A DNA stretch of 41,547 nt, from NCBI GenBank assembly GCA_002715965.1, contig PBAL01000059.1, forward strand, positions 1 to 41,547, read 5' to 3'. How positions within the stretch are numbered: position 1 is the stretch's first letter; every line of letters starts with the position of its first letter. Shown here in pieces: positions 41,520 through 41,547 of this stretch. The notes beneath the pieces were generated by a model, which ran no database searches, was not told the DNA's origin, and worked only from the letters and a program-made list of their open reading frames with translations. The DNA comes from Verrucomicrobiales bacterium (GTDB lineage Bacteria; Verrucomicrobiota; Verrucomicrobiia; Limisphaerales; JAYPXF01). The translations under genes and the position numbers were made by a program.

Positions 41520-41547
41520 TCCATTGTGGGAACGACCATGAAGACGA

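Overview
This is a 41.5 kb, GC-rich window. Coding is almost entirely on the + strand, with a sulfatase as the only clear minus-strand gene. Gene content suggests a PVC-type bacterium (Verrucomicrobia- or Planctomycetes-like): a sulfatase, an exosortase EPS locus, and giant Asn/Thr/Gly-rich secreted proteins carrying DSDGDG calcium-binding-type motifs. This is inference only; no search could be run. The genes are described in order below.

1. 249-8481 is a tightly spaced three-gene module: an NfeD-like membrane protein, a 711-aa flotillin (SPFH/band 7) protein, and a 1766-aa protein. The last ~500 aa of the giant protein carry an unmistakable MoxR-like AAA+ ATPase module (Walker A GYGKTT, Walker B LYLDDIQ, NP-x-E sensor). 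Its first ~1250 aa are unassignable.
2. 8595-14142 is a small accessory block: a secreted sulfatase (CxPxR), a hypothetical protein, an SGNH/GDSL hydrolase, a DCC-family (DUF393) thiol-disulfide protein, tRNA-Thr(CGU), and a neutral-ceramidase-like hydrolase.
3. 14212-15519 is a Zn-ribbon / Pro-rich / TM / Sel1 protein.
4. 15649-21077 is an exosortase EPS locus: GT4 glycosyltransferase, exosortase (CSG-x-R, NxxR), EpsI, a polyprenyl-phosphate sugar transferase, and UDP-glucuronate decarboxylase. No PEP-CTERM substrate is present in the window.
5. 21242-28042 is a type IV pilus-like PilM/PilN-fusion, PilO-like, PilP-like and secretin cluster. The secretin is 942 aa with an N-terminal TPR region and long poly-Gly inserts. 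No pilin or ATPase gene lies inside the window.
6. 28194-38489 holds four large signal-peptide proteins of 629, ~480, 971 and 1342 aa. Three of them end in the same ~65-aa C-terminal module: W ... Y-x-[IV]-[EQ]-x-[ST]-x-[DN]-[LM]-x-x-W ... (R)YYR(I)/IYRII. I could not place this module in any named sorting-signal family. I consider it the most interesting feature of the window: a candidate shared sorting or attachment domain for cargo of the adjacent secretin machinery.
7. 38563-40840 is a secreted tandem alpha/beta-hydrolase (GLSYGG nucleophile). A frame-hopping string of minus-strand ORFs at the 3' edge looks like a degraded gene.

No transposase, integrase or CRISPR array is seen. Several simple-sequence tracts sit inside coding regions: (GGCGGT)n Gly-codon arrays, a C8 tract, a G8 tract and an A-rich tract.
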